A stretch of 64,000 nucleotides of DNA. Source: the human T2T-CHM13v2.0 reference genome, Homo sapiens. The translations under genes were made by a program, and so were the position numbers. The notes beneath the pieces are model-generated. The model saw only the letters and a program-made list of their open reading frames with translations. It had not been told where the DNA came from and did no database searches. Position 1 is the stretch's first letter, and every line of letters begins with the position of its first letter. Location: the NCBI RefSeq assembly GCF_009914755.1, contig NC_060945.1; one strand, written 5' to 3'. Of this stretch, positions 13,468-26,350 are shown piece by piece.

Positions 13468-15510
13468 CACTAATAGCGCTCATTAAACGAATATTTTCTA
13501 ATATTTTAATAGTGCTGACTTGTGTCATTGTTATTTTTCTCTGCACCTGAAAGTGTTGTGTTCCTTAGCAGATTATGACTTCAGAAGGGTTAAGGTCCTT
13601 TTATTAGATTCCTTTGCTTAGCACAGTATTCAACATATAACACTAATGATGGAAGCCTGATTTCGTATCTTCCAGTAAATTATATTGTTTATAATAAGAA
13701 TGGGGAAAAGCTCTAGCAGGGTCACTGGTGATAGTTCATTAATATGGAATTTAAATCAAATTTTTAGAAATTAAAAAATAAAATATAGATGGGAATTTAT
13801 GATACAGCACAGTTATATTTTAGAATTAACTATAAGTTCTTTAATAATAAAAAATGCATAAACATTCTCCAGGCATTTCATAGATGAGATAATGAATGTC
13901 TTGTCATGTTAATTAACAAATAAGCTAATAAGATGCTGATGAACAAATATTCATCAATTGGAATAGAGATTGGTAAAAATATTGATGGTCACTTAACTGG
14001 GAAAAAATGCACAGTTTTGATCTGGAATCTGAGACTGTTTGCAATGGAGCATCTACAAGATGTGTCAAATGTGAATATCAGTAACATGTTTTGTTTTGAA
14101 AAAAAGAAAATGTTTTCTATATTTGCAGACTTTTCCTATGATGGCAAAAGGATGTCAGAAGTACAGCAAGCAGCAAATTTATTTGAACATGTCTTATTCA
14201 GTATATAAATAATACTATAACAATATGTGAACAAGAAATATCTCTGAAAGAGACATGCTGTGGTGAGAGTATTTTGAAACCAGAATTTAGAATTTCTTTA
14301 CTATGTGAATTTTATTGTTTAAAATTTTATGTGTATAAGGATATCACATTAAAATTCTCATTTGTGAAGAGTAAGTACTTAAAAATCATATTTTACAGCC
14401 TGTTGAGCATTTTAATATTTGAAGGGCTTCAGTGTGTTTTTCATTTATTCATGAAACAAAGAATGATACATATGAAGTGTTAAAATAGCCGATACAATAA
14501 GCTATTAAGAATAACTTGTGAATATTTAAAAAGATAGAAATTTCATAGTTATATTGCAAGTAAAGCCTTTGTTACATTTTTACTATTTTAGAAATCTAAC
14601 TGAATCAAAATTGGTTTTCAAGAATTTGACATTTTCTTTCACGTATCCATCTTTGATAATGATGGCCTAATTAACCAGGCCTCACTGTCCTTAGAAAATA
14701 ACAGAAATAGATTGTCTGAATTACATGGTCTTGATTCAAAGAAACTATTTGGTAAATTTAAGAAATAAAGATGCAATGCCTTGGCCATATAAGAGGAATT
14801 CTTTAAAAGTGTCTCAAATGATACATAAACATATCATCAACCCCTGCAAATGCCTACATGACATCACAAACAATTCAGTCATTACATTTGTTCATGACTC
14901 TATATGTTTGGGGCTATGTTAATACCATGAAATCATAAATAGTAAAATCATAAAATCTTGATGAAAAGAAAAATCAGAAAAATGTACAGCTGATCACAGA
15001 TTGAATATTCATATTGGCAAAATTGAGAGTTGAACAATATAGGATGCTCTAACTTAAATAATATCAATTTGTTATTTAATTACTAAATTAAAACTTTTAA
15101 ATATATTTCAATAAAAAGTATCCTATTTAGTATGCTTTGGGCTGCAAATAACAGAAAACTCAAATCATGTCTTAATGATATGGTTTATTCTCAGAACAAG
15201 AAATATTAATACAAGGACAGGGTATAGTTTGCTTCTGTGGTGTACATAGTTCTGAGCAAATATTTTTGGCAGAGACCTTGTCCGTATGAACAATCTGATT
15301 TTAAAAAAATAAGTCTTAAAATATCATGGTCCATATGAGGTGTGGTGATTTATGGATGACTGTGTATCCTGATAGAGAAGAGGTCCATAGGTATTTGTTT
15401 ATTGTACCAACAATGCACTTGAAGATTTGTCGTAATGTCCAGGCACTATCTCTTCTTATGCAGGTCCATAAATCATTTCATCACATAGTTCATCAATTAT
15501 GCTGTTCCTG

Positions 15511-16121
15511 GCTATATTATTTTCTATTGCTGTATAACAAACTGTTGCAAACTTATCAGCTTAAAACAACATAAGTTTATATCTCTGTTTCCAAAGGTCA
15601 GAATTGCAGACACATTATGACTTCGTTCTCTGCTGAAGCTGTGGCTGGGCTGAAAGTAAGGTGTTGGCTGAGACTATGGCTCTCATCTGGGGCTAGGGGT
15701 CCTCTTCCAGCTCACAGTATAATCGCAGAATTTATGTTCTTGCAGTTACAGGACTGAGCTCCCGTTTTACTGACAAATGTTAGGTATAGATGGCCCTACG
15801 CCACTAGAAGCCACTTGGAGTTCAGTACCATGTGACTTCCATAGACAGGTCACAGCATGGATATCTGCTTTTTTCCAAGGCAACCAGGTACATCTCCCTT
15901 ACTTCCTCTTCTGCACCCAGCCAGAGAAAACACTCAACATAAAGGGCTCACCAGTTTATGTCAGGCCCACCAATAACAATCTCCCTTTTGCTATGTAATG
16001 TAACATAATTGTAGGAATAATAATATCTCCTGTGTTCACAGGCTCCACTCACACTCAAAGAGGAGGGGATATTTTAAGGGCAAGAGTCACTGGGGTTCAT
16101 TTTAGAATTCTGCTCACCACA
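15511..16121 (-). mobile_element. MLT1E/F-type MaLR solo LTR
   Basis: Begins tattattttctattgctgtataacaaa...gcttaaaacaac and ends ttttagaattctgctcaccaca. Confidence 0.8.
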
Positions 16122-16554
16122 CTGCCTGACTTTATATCCACCACAATGAGAAAAAGGTAGTGATAATATGTGACCACTCTGTAGAAGTGATTTGTACTAA
16201 AACAGTAGCGATCTTATCGCCTCTACAGTTCCTTAAAAGCATATTTTTAAATGTTTGACTTCATCATTTTGCACGGCGCTGCATCAAGCATTGTGCCACC
16301 CACGAACACTGGCCTCTAGTGACTCCTTCAGAGGTTGCTATTGTGCTTTGTTGATGATGGCCACAAATAAAAGTCTCACCAAGATTATGCAGAAAAATGT
16401 GAATGATAGTACAGTTTTAGATCATGTTAAATATAATGTTCTGTATTTTATAGCAGTAAATCTCAACGACACATTTGTCATCTGTATTTTCTCTTGAACT
16501 CTTTAGGTCACAATCATTCTATTTCTAGAATTTGGTCTTTCTCAATGTTGGCCA

Positions 16555-17139
16555 CATATCTGTCTACCACTACCAGCGGAGAGGCTAAAGAAAGAATGTA
16601 TGACGCTTATCTATATCTGTCACATGTTGGGGCTTTTTTGTGTTACGGCAATGATCTCAAAAACTCAGAGGACATAGGTGCAGCCACCCTTGGAGAACTG
16701 GTAGATATGTCATCAGGAGCCTGAAGCAGTAGTGAGGTCACTGCCCAGGTGCCAGCAGTGGTGGCCCACAGGGTAAGGGATGCTTACTGCTACTCCTGTG
16801 CCCTCCAGTGTCAGAGACCAGAGATACAATCATGGTGAACACACACCTTCACTCCCTAACTCATCACTCAATCCATAGATCAAGAGATGAAATGTCAATA
16901 ATCCAGAGCCCTGCACTGTGAGTCACCTAAATGAGCAGTCAGCACCATTTTGGAGTATCCCCATCACTTACGATCCTGTGGAATAATATAGTCTTGACTA
17001 GTGGACTGACTGGTTCCCTGTGCCACCCCCTGGAACCCAGCTGTCCAAAGGACTTCATGTCTCTCCATAGGGATGAGCCTGGAGCTCTTCTGGGCATCTG
17101 GCTGACTCTACTGAGGGGGTTATGAGCGTGCCAGAGAGG
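16555..17139 (-). pseudogene. Putative highly decayed exon encoding TIL-TILa-VWD(N-half) modules (FCGBP/zonadhesin/alpha-tectorin-like)
   Basis: Minus-strand acceptor ccttttctcccctttacag, then in order (several need frameshifts): AHN, CP, D/AGF, PVS, YYSTG, WC*/C, YPVGHHCWHLG, D/PHY, IYQFSKGGCTYVL, FEIIA. Manual motif matching only; no alignment was run. Confidence 0.45.
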
Positions 17140-19763
17140 CTGTAAAGGGGAGAAAAGGACCTTGGACCCATGCAGATCCTTCTCAGTCGTCACAGGGCTG
17201 CATGAAAAAACTGCAGGTAATGGCAGGGCCCAGACATTGGAGAAGGCCTTGGAACATTTCAAGGAAGGGCAGGGGAATGCTGAGGACAAGGCGAGCAGGA
17301 CACATACGCTGATCCTGGGTCTATGCGGGTTCTGGGTCCCCTTTCTTCCACTTAGACTCTCCCACCCGTTCCCTGACTGATTTGCAGTTCATCCAAATGT
17401 CTTCCTGGTGATCTGTGTACTTGCCTCATTCTTGGACCACAGGGATTATTCTGTCTGTTAGCTTTCTAAAACCAAAGTGGACCATGAAAATATTTTGCTA
17501 AACCCAGAGAGTCTTTCTGCATAAGAGAAATTCTGTTACCACTTTCTTTTTTTTCCCCCTCTTGGCTGCATACACTTGTATGTAGCCACGATATTTTTTC
17601 CCCACAATATTTCACAAGTGTTACTGGAATTTAAAACTCTTGTTTTGTATATGGTAGAGACTGACTGCGTTAACGTGAAGTAGACAATAATTTCCTCTCA
17701 TTTTTCTTGCTCAGAAATATCTCAAAATCAAATTCCTCCTCTAGCTGGATTTTATAATGAGGTATGACTTTTAAATCTGATTTTATCATAGCCTACAAAA
17801 TAAATCTTAAACCCACAGAGCTAGAAAATGTCATTTATATTCATCAGATCTATTATTTTGCCTTTAGTCATAATCTCACCCAAACCATCACCTGTAGTGT
17901 AGCTAGGAGAATATTTTATTTTTCTAAAATCCTCTAGTTCTACAAACTCCTTCAGGAACTCACATATTTAACAAGCTCTCCAGTCAAGAAATTCATTTTC
18001 CTATTTCTCCCTTTTTTTAACCTTGGTTATTTGTCCTTTGAAAATCTCTGTAAAACTTTAGCTTAGCCATTTTTTTTTTTTTTTAGTTTAACTACACATA
18101 TATTGAACATAGTTAAATGGAGGAGGAAACTACAGTGTCAATTTTAAATTCCTCGAGATTTGATTTGATAGTACTAACCTGAATAAAAACAAAAAGATAA
18201 ATCCAGCATATGTGATAAAATATTCAGAAAGTTTCTTCTCTCCTTTAATTATCCTTCTTTTTGAATACAAAAGTCATATTAAATTGCTGTAATAATGTAA
18301 CATTAGGGTTGCATTGCAATTTCAGACCATATAATTATTAAACTATGAAAAATTTCAAGACATATATATTTAAGGTAAGCTAAAATATATCATTATTTTA
18401 CTTATTATGCACGCAGAAATGTTATATCTTCAACTTACATGTCTGAGTTCTAAAATAATATTTTCCAATTTTCTGTTGATTAAAATGGACACAATCTATT
18501 GCAAATAAATAAGATTAAGTAAATATGTGTTAGCTGTTTAGATTTACCTCATACTAAAGGTAAATGAATAGGAAGTTTTCAGGTCCAATGATCTCATTTT
18601 ATGAAAAAAAAATTAATAACTTGAGGTGTTATGTGATTTGTATCCTGAAATGTACTTGCAATTTAAATCAGGCAAAAACATCTCATACTTCTGTGCTGAC
18701 ACAGCAAATCCAATTATTTGTAAATATATTGACATAAATATACTTTTGTCATTTTCTGATACGTTGTAAAAAAAAAAACCCCTGGATTTCATGGAAAAAG
18801 CATGAAATTCTCAGCCCTTTTTGTTTCACAACATCATTTGCTTGTACAAGTATTTTATGACCATGTAATTCTTGTTTCATTCCTAGAAAAGCCAGTACTA
18901 GATTGGAGTATTTGGGTAAGTGGTAGGAAATTGAAAGTCTCTAGGGTGAAAAGGCAGAGCTAGAAAACAGCAATGGGCTGTGTGAGAAGGACAACCAGAG
19001 AGGAACAATGATACAGAAAATGGTAAATATGGCTAAGGTTGGCCTGGTCTACTTCTCACTGTGTTACCCAACTGCCGGCATCATGTATACACTGAGGAAG
19101 ACGGGAAATAAACACAACTTCCACAAACTTGGACTTGTCAGTTGCCAATTCATTAAGAATATTGATCAGCAATGTGACATACTGATTATAATTGTTCATG
19201 ATATGAATAAAGAGTGTTTTTGTTATAATAACTAAGTGCTAAGGGTAAACATTTTGTTACTGTTCCAACTTTTCAGTCTACTGGGTCCCTACTCCAAACT
19301 CTACCATCATCACATGTGCACATACGGAAAATAAATAAAAATCCAAATAACAGAAATTTTAAGCTTATGAGAGGCTAGAATATCATAAAGATACTTTCAA
19401 TTTCTTGGAACAAGATAATTACACAAACAGGATTTGCTATTTTTGCCATAGAAAGAATTTTACAGTTAGCTATGAGAAACGAACAATAAATAGCCTAAAA
19501 TGATACTTAACTGGAGAGCTGTGAGTCGAGTTTCCCAGAGCTGTGTATTCCTACTCACACGGAGTGGGTACTTCGTTAAGACTATGTTGAACCAGACTCA
19601 ATGTGCTTCCCCTGTCATTATAGCATTGGACAAGCCTGCATTTTATTGTTATTGCTCCTGTGGTTTTTCGGTCTATACAATTTTCCTTTCTTCTCACTTT
19701 CCTACGGAAGTTAAAAGAAGGTAGAAAGAACATAAACAGAAGCAGAGGGTATGATGAAAACTG

Positions 19764-19930
19764 TGTCTTAGTCCATCTGGGCTGCTATAACAAAATGCCA
19801 CAAACTCAGTGGCTTATAGACAGCAAAAATCTATTACTCACATTTCCTAAGGCTGAGAAGTCCACAGTCAGGGGCCCAGTAGATTCAGTGTCTGATGAGA
19901 GCCTGTTCGTGGTCATAGATGACACCCTCA
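19764..19930 (-). mobile_element. MLT1A/MSTD-type LTR fragment
   Basis: tgtcttagtccatctgggctgctataacaaaatgcca...ggctgagaagtcca...gattcagtgtctgatgagagcc. Confidence 0.8.
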
Positions 19931-20289
19931 CGGAAACCATGTCTCTATTACTTCAAAGCTTTGGTTAACATGTCTTATAATCCAACTCTAGCTAGGGAAG
20001 CAGTTAAGATTTATTTACAAATAACATGTTACACAGAATAGAAAATGGTGGGAAAACTGCTTTGAAGAAGAGGAAATTTTAAAAACACAACAGACAAATG
20101 TAAAGGAACGAGTACGCTAATTGTTTCAAAGGTTAAAACACCGTAAGAGGTTGACAGGTGCTATGGGAATGGGACAGTCTCAGAATGGGATCTTCCTACT
20201 TCGAGACTCAGAGTATGTGAGGATGACATGCTTTCTTACTTCTTTTTTATTTTTATTTTTTCTTCCTCATGTACTCTTAAGCATCAAAA

Positions 20290-20575
20290 GGGACATGCAA
20301 TGAGAGTTTGTTCCAAATGGTCATTCAGGAATCCAGGATTCTTCCATCTTGTGTTTTTGTTGTTGTTGTTGTTTTTGTTTTGTTTTTTTTTTTCTCCTTG
20401 GGCTTTTTAAATTACTTTTCACCTGATCAGTTAATTAGACATGAAAATAAGGATTGGGTGAGGGAAGCTTTTGTGATCTAGGCCTGCAAATGTCACACTT
20501 CAACGCATAGTCCATTCCCCACACCTAATTTTGGGTGAGGCTAAGGCAAGTGGATTAGTTGTGTGTCTGTTTCTA
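20290..20575. mobile_element. LTR33-like ERVL LTR fragment
   Basis: gtcattcaggaatccaggattcttccatcttgtg and ggcctgcaaatgtcacacttc...cacacctaa...agttgtgtgtc. Confidence 0.5.
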
Positions 20576-20899
20576 CCACTATATTTATACTGTAAAATAT
20601 CATTTCCCATCTAGGCCACTTCAACAGCCTCCTCACCATACTCCCCTCCTCAAATCTCTTCCCTCTCCAATATCTTCTCCAAAGAGTATTTGGGTTTGGA
20701 ATCCTTAATATTGACCTGTGATTCCCTGTATGTTCTCTCTCTTTTAATCTAATTTCTTACTACACTGCCCTTGCTTTCCAGAACTCAGGACCCTGCGCCT
20801 TTCCTGCACATGCTCTTCTCCCATCACAAGTCCTACATTTCATTGGTTAACTTCTACTGACATTCAAATCACATAAAGTAATAATTAGCAAAGTGAGGT

Positions 20900-21165
20900 T
20901 ATTAATAGTAATAATACATTTATAGAGTACATACTATTATAATGCATGCCAATGCTAAATACTTTACAAATATTAACTCATTCGATTTTCCCAATAACTC
21001 TATGGGCAGGTACTGTTATTCTCCCCATTTGATGAATGAGGTACCTGAGTATTAGTAAAATGAAAAATCTACCAAGGTCACTAGGCTCGTATGTGGCAGA
21101 TCTACGATTCTTGAACACAGGCATTCTGGTCTCTGATTCCAAACTTGCAGTAGTTGCGCTATATT
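20900..21165 (-). mobile_element. MIR SINE
   Basis: ctttacaaatattaactcatt...aggtactgttattctccccatttgatgaatgagg...ccaaggtcac. Confidence 0.75.
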
Positions 21166-21321
21166 GCCCAAAGGATGCTTTCTTGGGTAAGTCTTCCTAA
21201 TATTCTAGTTCAGGACAGATTTCCATGGTATACATCCTTATGATGCTATACACTTTTGCTTCCTAGCACTAAAGCAAGTAAAGTTTTTACTTAATCGATT
21301 ATTTGATTATTGTCAATCTGA

Positions 21322-21638
<317 letters not shown>

Positions 21639-21974
21639 TTCAACAGTATTTTTTATGGCATCTAAAACCATTAAACACTTTGGCTAACTTGTATTTTCCT
21701 GACACATTAGCACAGTGGCTGACACATAGTATATGCACAATAAATTTATCTATAGCTAACAGTAGCTCCAATTTCCTAAGTTCTAGGTGGATATCATTTC
21801 ACTGATTTAGAATTTTTAAAATTAAAATAACATGTCAGCCAATAAATAGATAAATATCTAAGAATCACTTGGAAGTCAAACCTGGTTAACTTCTTAAAAA
21901 TATGTATAAGAATATGTTGTTATTAAGAACATAACTAACATTTTATTATTTTATTTATTTTTTATATTATGGAT

Positions 21975-22930
21975 TGCCATAATTTATGCTTTTTTAATTT
22001 TATTGATTTAGAGTGTGCGTGCGCAGGTTTGTTACATGGACATATTGTATAACGGTGAGGTTTGCACTTCTAGTGTATCCCTGATCCTAATAAAGAACAT
22101 TATACCCAACAGGTAGTTTTTCAACCCTCATCTCCCTTTCATCCCCTGTTTTTAGGAGTCCCCAGGGTCTATTATTCCCCTCTGTATGTCCATGTGTACC
22201 CATTATTTAGCACCCACTTACAAGTGAGAATATGCACTATTTGATTTTCTGTTCTGAGTCATTTCACATAGAATAATGACTTCCCACTCCAACTATGCGG
22301 CTGCACAAGACACAATTTCAGTCTTTGTTTTTTGACTGTATAGTATTCCATGATGTATGTATACCACATTTTCTTTATCCAGCCACCTATTGATAGACAC
22401 TTAGGTTGATTCCATGACTTTGCTATCATGAATTGTGCTGCAATAAACATATGAGTGCAGGTGTCTTTTTGGTATAATGGTTTCCTTTTTGGTGGTGCAT
22501 GGGGTTAGATGCCTAGTAATAGAATTACTGGATTGAATAGTAATTCTATTTTTAGTTCTTGGGAAATTTCCATATTGTTTTTCATAGAGTTTATACTAAT
22601 TTACATTCCCACCAAGGGTGTGTATGTTTTCTCTTTTCTCTACATCTTCTCCAACGCCTGTTGTTTTTTGACTTTTTAATGATAGCCATTCTGACTGGTG
22701 TGAGATAGCATCTCACTGTGGTTTTATTTACATTTTGTGATGATTAGTGATGTTGATTTTTTTTTCATATGTTTGTTAAACACTTATGGTTTTTTTTTTT
22801 TTGAGAAATGTCTGTTCATGTCTTTTACCCTCTTTCTAATGGGGGTTGTTTTTTATTTGTAGAGTTGTTTCAGTTCCTTGTGGATTCTTGATATTAGTAT
22901 TTTGTTGGACGCATAGCTTGCAAAGATTTG
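21975..22930 (-). mobile_element. LINE-1 3' fragment (L1PB-like)
   Basis: caggtttgttacatgg...cccacttacaagtgagaatatg...gccattctgactggtgtgagat. ORF 22259-22450 is the ORF2 C-terminus. Confidence 0.92.
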
Positions 22931-25434
22931 TGTGACACTTTAGTTAAATGGATTTTTCTTATTTAATTTTCATAGGAAATTATGATATAGATACATTCTC
23001 TTATTAACCCCTTTTTCCTGATTAGGATATATGGTTAGTTTGGGTAATTAAATTGTTTAAGTTCACATAGACACTAAAGTAAGACAGGGAACACAACCAG
23101 TATAGCCAAAATCAATGGGCTTTTTGCCCCTTTTCAGCCTTTACTTGCAAAGATCTGGGAGAGAAGACTGGGGCCTGGGGACCTTTCAGATACAAACAAA
23201 GATTTGCAAGTGAAACACTTGAGGGAAATAGAATCCACGTCATCTAGAACCTAAGCACAATTTCCCCCTCACCCAATCACACCCTGTTTCTTACCACTAC
23301 ATTTAACCCTTGTCTGAGGAGCATCCCAAATGGGGAGGAAGCAGATATTGATATTTGTCAGAAGTGGGCTAAGAACAGATTCCCCCTCTCCTGAGTTTTG
23401 GGAGGCTTTTTTAAGCCTCTCATCAATCATGTTCACACACATTCAAAGTCTGATCAAATCGAAGCGTAAACAGGAGATTTGTTTCCAGGCCAAGAAGAAA
23501 GCACGGGAAAAGCATAAAGATATTTCTCACCCTCTGAATAACATGTATGTTTTGAATACTCTATTCCACTACCATCTGAATAGAGAGCCCTCTCTGGAAA
23601 GACTAACAGCTCAGAGACTGTCCACTCTGAATGTACTGGCCACACAGACATGCTTAGAACATAAACTGACAGTCAGACTTGTCTCAGGAAGAGTAACCTT
23701 TCTGAAGGATGGTTCTCTCTAGATATTCTGAATGTCCTAATTCTAATGCATACACATTGAAAACTCATACACTCCAGTATAGCCATCTCGGATCATGAAC
23801 ATCTCTGGCACATTGACTTCTTCCTCAATCCCAGCCATCTCCATGATGGTGTGAATGGAGGAAATCTTTACCTAATCCTCATGGGTAACTTATGAATGTT
23901 GAAAAAAGTTAGCAGCCCTACTTAGGAGAAGAATAACATAGGATTACAAAGTTTGGTCCACTTACAAAGTCTCATACTACTTCATCAGCTGCAGTTTTGG
24001 GTTATTTACATGTTTTGCTGTCCAAAAAAGCATAGAAACTGGCTATGATAAACTAGACTGACCAAATCATACAGATATGTGCACATTGAATCTCTTGCAC
24101 ATATTTCATATTTTATGTGGATTCAGCTTACACCCTAAAAATAAAAAAATTAAGATTAAGATCTCTACTTTAGATGTTTACTTGATTTTTTTTTGTTCAA
24201 TACCTCTTAATATTTAGCTCATTCTTTTATATGGATATTAATTTTTCACCTTTTCTTTTTAATACAGATACAAATTTTGGCTACTGACAGATATATGTAG
24301 TCAATCTGTCCCATCAGAAGAGATATTTTAACATAATTCTTCCAGGATATTAGTTCAGTGAAAACTCACAGGGTCCCTTTTTTTTTTTTTTTAGATTTTT
24401 AAATGACACATTTGACCTAAAAAAAAGATTTTCTTTATATAGAGTTTTTAAAACACATATAATTTTACAATAATGTCATTTCTAAATATATATCTAGAAC
24501 ACTTAGTCATCCGATGTACAGTTAATATAGCTCTCTCACATGGATCTTAGAAAGAACTGAAATTGTACGGATTTGCCTAATCTTAAAAATACTCACTGGG
24601 TAGCTTTGAGATATGTATAATATCTCAGCTCAAACTTTTACAAGCTCTAAATCTTTAATAGGATTCTTAAACCTACCCTCTTAAATATACAAATTTATTG
24701 AGGATACATTTATCTAAAATAAGACAGTAGTTCTTTAAGGTTAAAATATTAATTATGTAAAAATTAAGCCTCATTTGAGAACAAATTTGAAAAGTTTACA
24801 GTAAAAGTTCAAAACCATGTCTTCTCTCTTGTAATGTCTCTCAGAAGGTGAAAGAAATCTCAGAGGCTTTGACTGGATGATGTTCAGTGCATGTGAAAAA
24901 TGGAAAAACAGAGAGTGTCATTGCCCCTGAAGAAACTCCACTTTTTTTTTCCTGGTATTCAAAATCAAGAACCGAAGCTGCACAAATACAGGTATAGCTT
25001 TCAGTTCATCAGAGTAATGATTTTCTCTGAACTTTGCAATGGGGATTTTGCCAAACAAAAATGAGTCAAGGGAAGTTTTATTTTAAAAAGTTTAGAAAAA
25101 AAAGATAGTGCAAGTAATCACAAGACATTACTTTGGGTTGCTTTGCAAAAGACCAACAAATCTGTGAAAAGTATTCCTTTGAAACTCTATTTTCTCTTGA
25201 TTACAAAGAGAATTTATATATTACAGTAATATTACCACCCAACCTCTGACTTTCCCCAATTTTTCTTTCCAGCCAAATATTTCTCAAATATTTCTACTTA
25301 TTTTATTCCTCCATGTTCTCATTCACAATGTTCCTTCTGCCTGAAATACTAATCTCCTAAAAACCTCTCCTTCCTTTTGTCTCTGTCATTTTTTATTTAG
25401 TGTCTTGTCCTCCTACCCTAGCCTTTTTAGGAAC

Positions 25435-26350
25435 TTTTTAATCTTATGAATACAAAATAGTTGTACATATTTAGGGAGTACATGTGATATATTGATACAA
25501 GCACGCAATGTGTAATGATAAAACCAGGGTAATTGGGATGTCCATAATCTCAAGAACTTATCATTTCTTTGTGTTTAGAATATTGCGATTCTATTATTTT
25601 TACCATTCTGAAATACATAATAAGTTATTGTTAGCTATAGTCATTCTATTGTGCTACTGAACACTGGATCTTATTTCTTCTAACAGTATTTTTGTACCCA
25701 TTGACCAACCGCTCTTTATCCTCCCTTTTCCAGTACCTTTCCCAGCCTCTGGTAGCCATCATTTTATTCTCTGTCTCCATGAGTTTGATTTAGTTTTTAG
25801 CTCCCACATATGAGTGAGAACACGTAATATCTGTCTTCCTGTGCCTGGAGTATTTCACTTAACATGTCTTTCAGTTCTATTAATGTTGCTGCAAATGGCA
25901 GGATTTTCTTTTCTACAGCTAAAAGATATTTCACTGTGGATATGTACCACATTTTCTTTATCCTTTTGTCTGTTGATGGACACTTAGGTTGATTCCAAAT
26001 CTTGGTTATTTGAATAGTGCTGCAGTAAACATGGAAGTGCAGATATCTCTTTGATACACTGGTTTCCTTTTTTCTTGATATACACCCAGTGGTGAAATTG
26101 CTGGATCATATGGTAGTTCTGCTTTTAGATTTTGAGGAACCTCCATACTGTTCACCATAGTGGCCGTAATAATTTACATTCCCACCAACAGTCTATGAGG
26201 GCTTTGCTTTCCCACATCCTCACCAGCATACATTATTGAATGTCTTTTGGATAAATCCCATTTTAAAAGGGATAAGTTGATATCTCATTGCAGTTTTTAT
26301 TTGCATTTCTCAGATTGTTAGTGCTATTGAGCATTTGTGCACATACCTGG
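25435..26350 (-). mobile_element. LINE-1 3' fragment (L1MA-type)
   Basis: gttgtacatatttagggagtacatgtgatat...gctcccacatatgagtgagaac...tttacattcccaccaacag. Confidence 0.9.

Noticed and set aside
16210-16325. CTCF-like motifs (atcgcctctacagt; ctggcctctagtgac)
   Set aside because: They mismatch at core positions and cannot be supported without ChIP data.
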